The notes under the pieces were generated by a model. The model saw only the letters and a list, made by a program, of their open reading frames with translations, was not told the DNA's origin and made no database searches. From Malacoraja senta (lineage: Eukaryota): a stretch of 64,000 nucleotides of DNA. The DNA is taken from assembly GCA_038087875.1 (NCBI GenBank), contig CM075977.1, forward strand, positions 142,786,001 to 142,850,000, given 5' to 3'. The translations under genes were made by a program, and so were the position numbers. Numbering within the stretch: the stretch's first letter is position 1; each line of letters opens with the position of its first letter. Positions 39,247-52,600 of the stretch are shown here, in pieces.

Positions 39247-39850
39247 TTACATGCATCCCTAATTTCCTGCTTGATGCTATCCCCAACCTCCCTCCTGTTG
39301 TTTGGTGGTCTGTATACAACTCCAACAAGCATTTTCTGCCCTTGGCTATTTCGCAGTTCTACCCATACCAATTCTACAGCATCCAAGCTAATGTCTCTCT
39401 TTGCTATTGCATTAATCACCTCTTTAACCAGCAATGCCACCCCACCTCCTCTTCCATTCTGTCTAACCTTCCTGAATATTGAATACCCTCCATGTTTAGC
39501 TCCCAGCCTTGGTCACCCTGGAGCCATGTTTCCGTAATTCCAACTATATCATATTCCTTAACTACTAACTGCACATTCAATTCATCCACCTTATTATGAA
39601 TGCTCCTCGTATTAAGGCAGAGAGCTTTCAGGCTTGTTTTTCTTATTTCCCTTCTACCTTTTGCTTCTGTCCTCCTTTTATGACCCTCTGTCTCCTTGCA
39701 TTGATTACCATCCCTCTGCCCGGTTAGTTTAAATGTGACTTTCCTACACTCCCTTTCCCGTTAACTGCACGCATATGCTTCCATGTTGTTGACTCCACAC
39801 ACCCCCCACACCCCCCCCCCCCCTCCGTTTAGTTTAAACCCACCCGTGTA
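39247..39850 (-). mobile_element. CR1 fragment (ORF2 endonuclease N-terminus)
   Basis: GGVALLVK..VWVELRN..VGVVYRPPN. Confidence 0.8.
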
Positions 39851-40436
39851 GCACGTACATGATACATCTTCCTAAAATCTTTTCAGGACCAGTGGGGTAC
39901 CTGGAGTATCACAAATCATTCACTCATTCATGCCAAGCCAGCTTGGACGTGAAGTTGATACAAGACCACTTTCTGGCCACAGAAAGACATTGTGTTTTTG
40001 ATAGGTTTCATCATAAAATGCTGGAGGTCATAGTTAAATTGCATTCTGCTTCTCACATGGCACAGCTGCGTTCATGATTTAGGAAGTGCTGATGATTGAG
40101 CACTACATTAAGTTCTTTGAAGTGTGAAAATGAGAATTTGAGCATACACACAGTGATGGGCTGCTGTTACTTTCTGACAGGTTATATTATCAGATATATC
40201 AGACAAATAGTGGAAAACCCAGATGTACCAACCTGGTTGACAGAAACAGGTAAAGTTTAATAATTACTTGTGAAGGAGGAAATCAAACTCATATTTACAA
40301 TTAATGAATTGATATGTTATCCTATAAATGCAAGGGGACAGATTTTTTTACACATGCGAGGCTGGTCATTCAGTGCACTACAATGTTTCCTCATCATTTA
40401 CAAATAAATGTACACCAAGAAAAAATAATGCCTGAC

Positions 40437-40500
40437 TTCTTTCTGAAGACCATGAACACAGAACGTCTTCCCACTGAATTTCAATTTGCTGACATCAGAC
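40437..40500 (-). CDS. FRMD3: FRMD3 internal coding exon: (W)SDVSKLKFSGKTFCVHGLQKE
   Basis: 64 nt with a long polypyrimidine tract plus cag acceptor and a gtcagg donor. Completes the TG|G Trp codon from the previous exon. Confidence 0.9.
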
Positions 40501-41572
40501 CTGGAAAAGAGAAAAAAAAATATGGGGAAAATTATAGCATAAAGTAAGAACACAATACAAATGATCAAAATACATTAGTCCCATGCATATGAAAAAAAGT
40601 GCAAATCAAAGACTGACGGCAGGCAGTCTAAATCAAAAGCAGAAAATGAATCCTTTGATCAAGGTTGTAAAGGAAGATAATTGTCTTGAAAGATTAACTC
40701 TATTTTCTCTCCACTGATGCTGTCGAGCCTGCTATTTCCAAAAGTGTTAATAATAGGTGTACAATATACCAGAGCATATCTTGCTTGACTCAGACCGAAC
40801 AATGCATTTGCCTCTCCCTCCATCGCCATGGGCTGTGCAGCTCCCAACATCCCAGAGGGGCATCCTGATCCGCTGTCCCCAGATCATTCTAAGCGATTGT
40901 TCAGGTTGTCAAGCAACTTATTTTACTGTTTCTAAATGTTTCAAATAATCCAAGCCATTTAGAAACAATTGAAATGCAATTAAAAAATAATATTTTTTTA
41001 AATGCTTTAACCAATGTACATATTAATAAACTTCAATTAATAAGCTATTCAATGGAGGTCAGAACCACATTTGAATGAATGGTGCCAGACAGCATGGCTG
41101 GTGTAGAGCCGGTGGCCAAATACAATATAGTCGGCCTTTCATGTCAGTATGAGCAGGAACTGATGTTGGGTTCAGGGCTGAATCTAGCGATGGAGCAAGG
41201 TGTGAGATGCATAGCATCTGACCTTTCGCACATACCATACTTTCGCACTGCAGGAGTCTAAAATGCATTGGCACATACTATTTAGTTTATTTACACCTGA
41301 CAATAAATTCCATTATTACATTGTGCCAGAATTTGGTTATCTAACAGAAGCCAAGTTTTGAAATTTAACTCAGGTCTTGAACTTTTCATTAATTGAGCGA
41401 CAGAAGTTTTTTGGGAAAAGATATCCAGATTTCCACGGACCGTTCTATGAAGCTTTTCTGACAATAACCTTTTAATTTTGGGGTTATGTCCTATTGTTCT
41501 AAACTTATGCACCAGAGAAAATTACTTTGCTCTCAGCTGTACGAAACACTTTATTCATCTTTATTTAAGGGT

Positions 41573-41705
41573 GTTTAAGAAGGAACTGCAGATGCTGGAA
41601 AATCGAAGGTAGACAAAAGTGCTGGAGAAACTCAGCGGGTGCAGCAGCATCTATGGAGCGAAGGAAATAGGCAACGTTTCGGGCCGAAACCCTTCTTCAG
41701 ACTGA
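41573..41705 (-). mobile_element. Penelope terminal repeat with intact hammerhead-like core
   Basis: Minus strand reads CTGAAGA-A-GGGT(TTCG)GCCC-GAAACGTT. Confidence 0.8.
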
Positions 41706-41884
41706 AGTGTAGCACACTTTGTAAATTTCAAGAGATAATAAACCTATTCACTCATATAACTCTTCCTGTATATCCATTCAAAAATAATAATGGGCATAAA
41801 GTGCATGTTATTCTTTGGAAAAATAGTAATCTTTGTCCACTTTAAATTTCCACCCAGTTAAGACCCATTCATGATTTCAGTTGA

Positions 41885-44800
41885 CACTAAGAATAAAGGG
41901 GAAGCCATTTAAAACTGAGATGAGAAAAAACGTTTTCACGCAGAACGTTGTGAATTTGTGGAATTCTCTGCCACAGAAGGCAGTAGAGGCCAATTCACTG
42001 AATGAATTTAAAACAGAGTTCGATAGAGCTCTAGGGGCTAGTGGAATCAGGGGATATAAACTAAATAGTGGGGGGGAGGGATTGACAAATTGGGAGTATA
42101 AAGATGGAGTTGAAGGGGAAGTGAGTACAGGAAAAGTTACAAAAGACTCTCGAATTAATGGGAAGGAAGGGATAAGAGAGTAAGGTCAGGGCCAATTGCG
42201 AGCGGTGCGAGAGGGGAGGGGAATACCGAGGTCAAAGTGTTGTATATGAATGCGCAAAGTATAAGAAATAAAGTGGACGAGCTTGAGGCTCAGTTAGAAA
42301 TTGGCAAGTATGATGTTGTGGGAATTACAGAGACATGGCTGCAAGAGGGCCGGGGCTGGGAACTGAATATTCAAGGGTATACCTCCTATTGAAAAGACAG
42401 ACAGGTGGGCAGAGGGGGTGGGGTAGCTCTGTTGGTGAGGAATTAAATTCAGTCCCTTGCAAGGGGTGACATTGAAACAGGAGATGTGGAGTCAGAATGG
42501 ATAGAACTAAGGAATTGTAAGGGTAAAACTACTCTAATGGGACTTATCTACAGGCCCCCAAACAGTAGCCTGGATATAGGGTGCAAGTTGAATCAGGAGT
42601 TAAAATTGGCATGTAGTAAAGGTAATGCTACGGTTGTTATGAGAGATTTCAACATGCAGGTAGACTGGGAACATCAGGTTGGTACTGGACACCAAGAAAG
42701 GGAGTTTGTGGAGTGCCTCCGTGAAGGATTCTTAGAGCAGCTTGTACTGGAGCCTACCAGGGAGAAGGCAATTCTGGATTTAGTGTTATGTAATGAACCG
42801 GATTTGATAAAGGAACTTGAGGTTAAGGAGCCATTAGGAGGTAGTGACCATAATATGGTCAAGTTTAATGTACAATTGGAGAGGGAGAAGGGTAAATCGG
42901 AGGTGTCAGTGTTACAGTTGAATAAAGGGGACAATGGAGCCATGAGGGAGGAGCTGGCCAAAGTTGACTGGAAAGATACCCTAGCAGGGAGGACAGTGGA
43001 ACAACAATGGCAGGTATTTCTGGGATTAATACAGAATGTGCAGGATCAGTTCATTCCAAAGAGGAGGAAAGATTCCAAGGGGAGTAAGGGGCCACCGTGG
43101 CTGACAAGGGACATCAGAGACAGTATAAAAATAAAAGAGAAGAAGTATAACGTAGCAAAGATGAGCTGGAAGCCAGAGGATTGGGTAATGTTTAAAGAGC
43201 AGCAGACGATAACTAAAAAGGCAATAAGGGGAGAAAAGATGAGGTACAAAAATAAGCTAGCCAAGAATATAAAGGAGGATAGTAAAAGCTTCTTTAGGTA
43301 TGTGAAGAGGAAAAACATAGTTAAGACCAAAGTTGGAACCTTGAAGACTGAAAAAGGTGAATTTATTATGGGGAACAAGGAAATGGCAGATGAGTTGAAC
43401 AGGTACTTTGGATCCGTCTTCACTAAGGAGGACACAAACAATCTTCCTGATATAGTAATGGCCAGAGGATCTGGGGTGACGGAGGAACTGAAGGAAATCC
43501 ACATTAGGCAGGAACGGTTGTTGGGTAGACTGATGGGACTGAAGGTTGATAAATCCCCAGGGCCTGATGGTCTGCATCCCAGGGTACTTAAGGAAGTGGC
43601 TCTAGAAATCGTGGATGCATAGGTGATAATTTTCCAATGTTCTATAGATTCAGGAGCAGTTCCTGTGGATTGGAGGGTAGCTAATGTTATCCCACTTTTT
43701 AAGAAAGGCGGGAGAGAGAAAACAGGGAATTATGGACCAGTTAGCCTGACATCGGTGGTGGGGAAGATGCTGGAGTCAATTATAAAAGATGAAATAGCGG
43801 CACATTTGGATAGCAGTATCAGGATCTGTCCGAGTCAGCATGGATTTACGAAGGGGAAATCATGCTTGACTAATCTTCTGGAATTTTCTGTGGATGTAAC
43901 TAGGAAAATGGACAATGGAGAGCCAGTGGATGTAGTGTACCTGGACTTTCAGAAAGCATTTGATAAGGTCCCACATAGGGGGCAAAATTAGGGCACATGG
44001 TATTGGGCGTAGAGTGCTGACATGGATAGAAAATTGGTTGGCAGACAGGAAACAAAGGGAAGGGATTAACGGGTCCCTTTCAGAATGGCAGGCAGTGACT
44101 AGTGGTGTACCGCAAGGCTCGGTGCTGGGACCGCAGCTAATTACAATATACATCAATGATTTAGATGAAGGCATTCAAAGTAACATTAGCAAATTTGAGG
44201 ATGACACAAAGCTGGGTGGCAGAGTGAACTGTGAGGAGGATGCAATGAGAATACATGGTGACTTGGACAGGTTGGGTGAGTGGGCAGATGCATGGCAGAT
44301 GCAGTTTAATGTGGATAAATGTGAGGTTATCCACTTTGGTAGCAAAAACAGGAAGGCAGATTATTATCTTAATGGCGTCTAGTTGGAAAAAAGGGAAGTA
44401 CAACGGGATCTGTGGGTCCTTGTTCATCAGTCGCTGAAAGTAAGCATGCAGGTACAGCAGGCAGTGAAGAAAGCGAATGGCATGTTGGCCTTTATAACAA
44501 GAGTAGTTGAGTATAGGAGCAAAGAGATCCTTCTGCAGTTGTATAGGGCCCTAGTGAGACCACACCTAGAGTATTGTGTGCAGTTTTGGTCCCCTAATTT
44601 GAGGAAGGACATTCTTGCTATTGAGGGAGTGCAGCGTAGGTTTACAAGGTTAATTCCAGGGATGGCGGAACTGTCATATGCTGAGAGAATGGAGCGGCTG
44701 GGCTTGTATACTCTGGAGTTTAGAAGGATGAGAGGAGATCTTATTGAAACATATGATTATTAAGGGTTTGGACACGCTAGAGGCAAGAAACATGTTCCCG

Positions 44801-45218
44801 ATATTGGTGGAGTCCAGAAAAAGGGGCAATAGTTTAAGAATAAGGGGTAAGCCATTTTGAATGGAGATGAGGAAACACTTTTTCTCACAGAGAGTTCTCT
44901 GCCTCAGAGGGCAGTGGAGGCCGGTTCTCTGGATACTTTCAAGAGAGAGCTAGATAGGGCTCTTAAAAATATGGGGGATAATCAGGGGATATGGAGAGAA
45001 GGCAGGAACGGGGTACTGATTGGGGATGATTATCCATGATCACATTGAATGGTGGTACGGCTCGAAGGGCCGAATGGCCTACTCCTGCACCTATTGTCTA
45101 TTGATATGGGGAGAAGGCAGGCATGGGTTACTGATTGTGGATGATCAACCATGATCACAATGAATGGCGGTGCTGGCTCTAAGGGCCAACTGGCCTCCTC
45201 CTGCACCTATTTTCTATG
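41885..45218 (+). mobile_element. Short CR1 3' end (41885-42057 + 45103-45218) split by a second CR1
   Basis: aggggatat|ggggagaaggcagg rejoins; same subfamily as 30625-30997. Confidence 0.8.
42058..45102 (+). mobile_element. CR1 LINE with near-complete but disabled ORF2
   Basis: Endonuclease and RT motifs with several stops and frameshifts, FADD changed to FEDD; TSD GATAT at 42053-42057 and 45103-45107. Confidence 0.95.
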
Positions 45219-45799
45219 TAAAAGTGTCAATAATTAACTAAATTATGTCAAAGTGATGATTTAATTGGGACCTCTACAATTTTCTGGTCTTTACGTTGGT
45301 ACATTTCCGAATCATCTATTTATCTATATTTTCTATAGATTACAGTAGCAACAATGGGCAGATGGGCATAGTTTAAATGGAGCAGCATCCTCAACCGTTC
45401 TTTACTCACCCTTATCCACTGAGCAGCAATTTTAAACCTCAAGTTGCATTAAACTAACTTCAAGTCACCTAAAAATCCAGTTTGATTAAAATTCAAAATT
45501 ACATGATATTATTACCCAAGGCATGGATAATAACTGCAGACAAGGGCAGGAGCCCGACCAAAGCAAGATTATTCCATTGCTTCGTGAGACAAGACAAGCA
45601 AGAGTGGTCCTCCTGTTCCCCTCACTACAGTAGGTTTCCCTGATAAATATTCTGACCAAAATTCCCTGATCCATCGAGGATTCCCCTGCATCGCAGCAGC
45701 GTTGCAGCAACATCCCACTCAATTTCAAAAGCAAGGAGCCATTTCCCGCCCTCTAATCCAACCACAGCTCGGTCCATTACAGGCATCATCTAAAACATC

Positions 45800-46295
45800 C
45801 AGATGAGGCATTGCCTCAAAAAGACACTATCTATCTATCATTAAGGATCCTCACCATCCGGGCCATGCCCTCTTCTCGGCGCTATCATTGGGCAGGGGGT
45901 GCAAAAGTCTGAGGTCCCATACCACCAGTTTCAGAAATAGCTACTTTCCCACAACTATCAGGTACTTGAACTGGCCTGCACAACCCTAATCCTACCTTAG
46001 CAATAGAACACTGTGGACCACCTCTTGCACTTCCAAGGACTTGTTTTCTAAATGTGTTTTGGACTAACAATTTGTTTTCACATAGTCATTTTTCGTTATT
46101 TGGTATAATTTGTGTGGAAATTATGCGTAATTATATATCGAAGTGGTATCATATCCACATGACAATTTCTGGGATTTATTTTCATCGTCACAATGAGAGG
46201 TGATTTTATTGGCAAATGTTGTCTGAGTCTATGCTCCTCTGATGCTCCTGCACGCAAGATTTTCATTGTACCTCACCGTACACTATGTGACAATC
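45800..46295 (+). mobile_element. Degraded Rex1/Babar-type 3' fragment
   Basis: atcattaaggatcctcaccatccgggccat (IIKDPHHPGH) and agaaatagctactttccc (RNSYFP). Confidence 0.7.
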
Positions 46296-46989
46296 TGTTC
46301 CACAAAGCGACAATCCTGACATTGGCAGATTCTAAAATTAATGAGGATCAACCTTGGACGCCAGCACACAGTCATTAGTGTTTTGAGTGGGATGAATCAT
46401 TCAGTAACAGTGCCAAATAACTCAATGCATCAAAACAAAAAAATGGCAATGAATTTAGTGGCAAAAAGTCAATCGAGATTATTCTAGATGGCCCAATCAG
46501 AGGAAAAACACCATGGGATGGACAACCTGTGTTGCTGCATCCTTCAATTATAAAGAGTACAAGAGCAACCCCTGTATAACAAAGAGACTTGCATTTGAAT
46601 ACCATGTTTTAAATATCCTGACATAATTACATCAGTGAAATATTGTTGAAGTGTACTTGTAGTTAAAATTACTATAAGGTGTTGTGAAAAAGTACATTTG
46701 GCAATAAAATCATCACTCATTGTGATGATGAAAATAAATCCCAGATACTATCATGTAGATATGATACAATTCAAATTCCGATATATAAAAACCATGGTTC
46801 ATAACCAGTTACATCATTAAAAAGTCATAGATAAAATATTACTTACAGTATAAATGAGAGTTACACAAGGATAATTTTAGTGTATCTTATCAGTACCAAA
46901 TACATATTGTCATATTCAAGTGAGATAAAGATAAAGTTTTGCTGATATAAAAATGTATATCGACCCCAGATACAAGCAAGTACTGTTTA

Positions 46990-47112
<123 letters not shown>

Positions 47113-49658
47113 TCAAGAGATTATCTAAAAAGGCAACAAACTGTTCTCAGAATGTTATTCTGTCCGCTGTTTCAAAGGCAGGGTTGAAAAGCATAGATTA
47201 TTTGGTCAAATTTCCCCTCACCGAATTTGTAGTCAGAGGATTAATTTGATTACATCAGTAGCATAAATCTGTGCTTATTCTAGTATCAGAATAAACTCTT
47301 GGCAAAGTCATTGGTAAGGTTTTAACAAACTTGCTGCAAGCCCTAAAATAATTTTATAACAAACTAATAAATACAAAATCATTATCATTCCATTTTACAC
47401 TAGGACATTTGGATGTTGAATGTTCTTATATATTCCTGTGATTTATAACTATCTTAATTCAATTTTTGACATGCAGTATTGAATCAAAATATAAATTGAA
47501 ACCATGCAACTTTGCAAAATTCTGATGACCATTTAATCAAACCTGGAAAATGTGGAATAAAGATAAAAGATATAATGCAATGATACAATAAGTACTCTTT
47601 TCTTCCTATGTCATTAGATATCAAATTCCAAATTACTGACTCTATCTACATTGTCTGGCAATTTCAGCTTTATCAACTAGTTTATGCTTTATCAACTAAA
47701 CTAAATTTCCAACATTCATACCAAAACTGTGAAGTAATAACATAGAAACATAGAAACATATAACCATAATGAATGACTGAGGTAAAAAGAGGTAAGGGCT
47801 GACCTAAAAAAGGTTTTTTAAACTACAAAAGAGGTTCAACAAGTTACACCGAGAAATGATCAGCTGCGTCATACTGAACTTTATATGGTCTGTAGATAAA
47901 CACTTAAAATTCTCCTAGGACAGTTATTGGTCTGCTATTTTAAAGTTAGAGCTAATCCATTCTAGCTGCATTGAACCTGCTGATGAATTTGCACATCACA
48001 CGTCCCACTCTACCCTGTACTCATTACTAAGTCATGGTCACAGAGGGTCGAATGGGGGGCTGTTGAGGTGTTCCATAATGTATGAAGTAGAGGGCCTGAT
48101 ACATTTATATCTGGTCCATCAGCTTTAGACCAGTCAAAACACATATAGTATAGCCCCTTTCAAGTGAAAAGTATTAGGAACCTTCACGAAAATTAAAGAA
48201 AGCTTTTTTTAAACTTTATTTTAATTAACATCAATGTTTGTAATTAATTTACATTGAAGATTATGTTTAATTTAAGTTGAAGATGATTTCAACTTATTTT
48301 TCTTTCTTTATTATTTTTCCAACTGTTTGTAAATGTCTTTGATTATCAGAGAATTCCAGACCTTCTGCATTCTGTGGGTGAAAGTTTAGATTTAACCACC
48401 AACCACTTGACATCCTGCCTTCTGGACTGTTGCAGCACAGATGGAAGGATGTTGGATGTTGTGCAACCACAGAAACCTGCACAGCTCTGGATATCCTGCA
48501 AGAAGGCAGTTTGAGGCTCTGACCAACTGCACCACAATCCAGCAGAATGTTTTGACTTCTGGCGAAGTCCAAAACTAAGGACTATAAACATAATATAGTC
48601 ACTAATAAAGCCTATAAGTACACGATTTTGCTTCCCATTGTGTATTTGAGATGAATAGTATAAATGTTTTTCAAAGTAAATTGGAGAAGTACATGTGGGA
48701 GAGAGGAATACAAATGATTTCAGAGAGTAGATTAAATTTGGTAGGAAGAAATTTGAATGAGTTGTGTGGGCCGTAGACTCCAACACAGATCAATTGGCTG
48801 AATTACTGTTTGAATGGTACATTCGATGTAGCTCTATGTGACCTAAATGGCCAAATAAGATGACCTAAATGGCCAAATAAGATGATAACTTTCTTTAAAT
48901 TTATCTACAGACAACGCAGAAATAGGAAAATTACTCTGTTTTAGATTTCCTCTGATATTTAGCTTACTCCTCCCTATAATTCTAGCGTCTCTCATACTGA
49001 GTTTCTCTCCCTTTGAACATTACTTCCCATTTGCTCAATTGTCATTAGTTCCGATTATAGTGCTCATTTACAATTATCAATTTATCAGGACCTATCAAAA
49101 TTGTCTTAAGATTTTATTTTAAAGAATGAGTGTAAGCATATCAGTAGCTCCAAAATAAAAATGTAAAAGCCCACAGGACAATTTTATCTCCCCCTCCTCT
49201 GATGAAGTAATTCATTTTGCTCAGATGTAGCTCTTTGGGTGTCATCATTTACCTTGACTTTAATGTTGTATTCCAGGTTCGATTATGTTTAGTGTATTTA
49301 TAAGTCATTTTTAAAATGAAAGCCTAACAAAGACTTATTGGGCTGTTCCCACCTCAGATAATCCTGGTATCACCTTCAGACCATATTTGTAGGCCAAAAT
49401 ACCAGGAGCTTTGCTGAAGGAAGTCTCTTCCTTCGGGGGAATGCGACTTTTTCTTGTCGTATCCCCTTTCTCTGCCTCCGTCTGCGCTGAGGCCAAAATG
49501 GCGGAGCTGCCAGCCTCCAACTCCAACTGCGACCAACCGACCTCGAGGCTCCGGAGGCAGAGCCAGGACTTGCCAGTGCGGGGCTGGCCAACTTCGGGGC
49601 TGCGGTGGCGTTCCGGCAGTGGCAACCGAGGATGCTGGTGGCGACCTGAGACCGGAGG

Positions 49659-52600
49659 TGTAGAGCCGTGCATGTTCCTTTAACATGGTGACCTCACTTC
49701 TACTAACCACTCCCCATTAGCTTCAGTATAAATGTAACCTTCCCACCCCTAGCTCGCTCTCTAGCTCCGGTAACGGACCACGAACAGCTAGGGCAATATG
49801 TGTGTATACGAATACAATGTATGCAATAAACTAGAGTGAAGACACCATGTGTTTGGACAGTCTTTACATGGTGTCAGAAGTGGGATCAATTCTGAAGGCC
49901 TCTCGGCTCCTCTCTTTCCTCCTGCTGGAATCTGAGAATGTTACTCTGTTGGGCGCCCGTGCATGCCAGGACCTCGGTTTGGTGTCCTTCCACCACGACA
50001 TCCACCCGGTGCAGACCCCCATGGATCCCATGTGCGAGTACCCCGACCGTTTTGACGAAGTATTGGGCAAACTACCCTGCAAGTACGAAATCGAGGTGGA
50101 CCCGGAGGTTCATCCGGTAGTCCGCCCTCCTCACCGCGTCTCCTTTGCTATGAAGGACAAGGTGGAGTCCACTCTACGCCAGATGGTGGCCATGGGCATC
50201 ATCAAGGAAGTGAGCGATGCCACCCGGTGGGTCTCCACCATGGTCGTTGCTGCTAAGAAGGACAAGAGTGAGATTCGGATCTGTATCAACCCCAAGGACC
50301 TAAACCTTGCCATCAAGCGCCCGCACTACCCCATGCGAACGGTGGAGGATGTCGCTGCAAAGGTTGGCCCGGCCACTGTATTCTCTGTCCTCGATGCCAA
50401 GAATTCTTTCTGGCAGATTCCGCAGGATGAACGTTCATCTTTACTGACCACGTTTGGTACACCTTTCGGCAGGTTCCGTTTCCTCCGCATGCCTTTCGGG
50501 ATCAATTCTGCCAGCGAGGTTTTCCAGCGCACCATGGAACAGCTATTTGCAGGTCTGCCGTGTGCTATCATCATTGATGACATCTTGGTGTACGGGAGGG
50601 ACGTCGCTGAGCACGACCTCCACCTCCGTCTGGTCCTGGATCGGGCTCGGGAAATCAACCTCAAACTGAACCCCAAGAAGTGCCGTTTCCGCGTCCCGGA
50701 GGTCACCTACGTGGGCCATGTTTTTACGGCTGAGGGTCTGAAACCAGACCCACAGAAGACAGCTGCGGTCTCAGAGATGCCAGCTCCGGTCAACGTGCCA
50801 AGCCTGCAATGCTTCTTGGGCATGATGAACTATCTGGGGAAATTTATTCCCGACCTCAGCGAGCTGAGTGCGCCCCTGAGGGAACTGACCAAGATGGACA
50901 CTGCCTGGGTTTGGTACCCGCTGCATCAGGCAGCCTTCGATGACTTGAAATCCCGGCTGGTTCGCACCCCCACTCTGAAGTTCTTCGACTTAAAGCGCCC
51001 TATCGTCATTACCTGCGATGCATCAAGTTTCGGTCTCGGTGCCGCCTGCCTGCAGATCCACGACCGCCTGCAGCTACCTGTCTCCTACGCCTCCCGCACC
51101 ATGACTCCAACCGAGCAACGCTACGCTCAGATCGAGAAAGAGCTCCTTGCCGTGGTGTTTGCCTGCTCGAAGTTCAGGGACTACATTATAGGTAACACCT
51201 TCACTATCGAAACCGACCACCAGCCGCTGGTCACGATCTTAAACAAACCGATCCACGTTGCCTCTTCCCGTTTGCAGCGTATGATGCTGCAACTCCAACG
51301 CTTCACGTTTCAAATCGTGTACCGCAAGGGCAAGGACATGTTTGTGGCTGACACGCTGTCCCGCGCACCGCTGGCTTCTACAGCCCGCCACCCGTACGAG
51401 TCATCCGACCTGATGGTGCTAAACGTCAACTTCATGCCTTCCCAGCAGATGCAGTCCCTGATTCACCACACTGCCAAGGATCCTGCCCTGCAACAGCTTA
51501 TAGACGTCGTCCGTCGCGGCTGGCCTGACCGTCGCTCACCCTTGCCGGCTGGTGCTGCGCCCTACTTCCTAGTCCGGGACGAACTTGTGCTGCAGGGCGG
51601 CGTGGTGGTGAAGGGCCACAAGGTTGTGGTGCCTGCCGCTCTGCGGGACCACTATTTCCAAACTGCCCACAACGGCCATCCCGGTGCCGATGCCACCCTG
51701 TCCCAGGCCCAGAGCCAATTTTATTGGCCCAGCATGGCACAGGACATCCGGGAGAGGGTCTCTGCCTGCTCCACCTGCAATACCCTCTCTCCCCACCAGC
51801 AACGCCAGCCACTCCTGCAACAGCCTGCCCCCGCCCTGGCGTGGATGGCGGTCGCTACGGACATATTTGAGTGGCGTGGCAAACATTTCCTGGTCCTGGT
51901 CGACTCTTACTCCAGCTGGTTCGAGATTAAGCGTCTGCACTCCCTCACTTCTGCTGCGGTCATCGGGACGTTGCAACCCCTCTTTGCAACCTTTGGCATT
52001 CCTGTGACTGTGCAGTCTGACAACGGGGGCCAGTTCACGAGTGCTGAGTTCCGCGCATTCGCCGCCGCCTACAACTTTCGCCACATCACCAGCAGCCCGG
52101 AGTACCCGCAGAGCAACGGCCTTGCTGAGCGCGCCGTCCGCAGTGCCAAGGAGCTGCTGGAACATTGCAGACTGTCGCATTCGGATTTTTATCTCGCTCT
52201 ACTGAATCTCCGAAATATTAGTCGCGACCCTGCCATGGGCTCACCGGCTCAACGGCTCATGTCCCGCACCACTCGCCCTCCAATCCCTGTCTCCCAGCGG
52301 TCGCTACAGCCCGCAGTCCGCAGCCCTGCTGCTGTCCAGAAGCGTATTACCCAGAAACAGGTCGTCCAGAAGCGCTCCCACGACAAGTCATGCCGTCCCC
52401 TTCAGCCCCTCTTCGAGGGCCAGGTCGTCCGGATGCAGTCCCCCTCCGGACACCACCGCTTGGCTGTTGTCATCGGCTTTGCCGACTCTCCGCGCTCTTA
52501 CCTGGTTGACTACGAGGGCACCATCTACCGCCGGTCCCGCCAGCATTTGCTGCCGGTCAACGAGCCCGCTCCGCCTCCCGCAGCCCCTTTTGCTCCCCCG

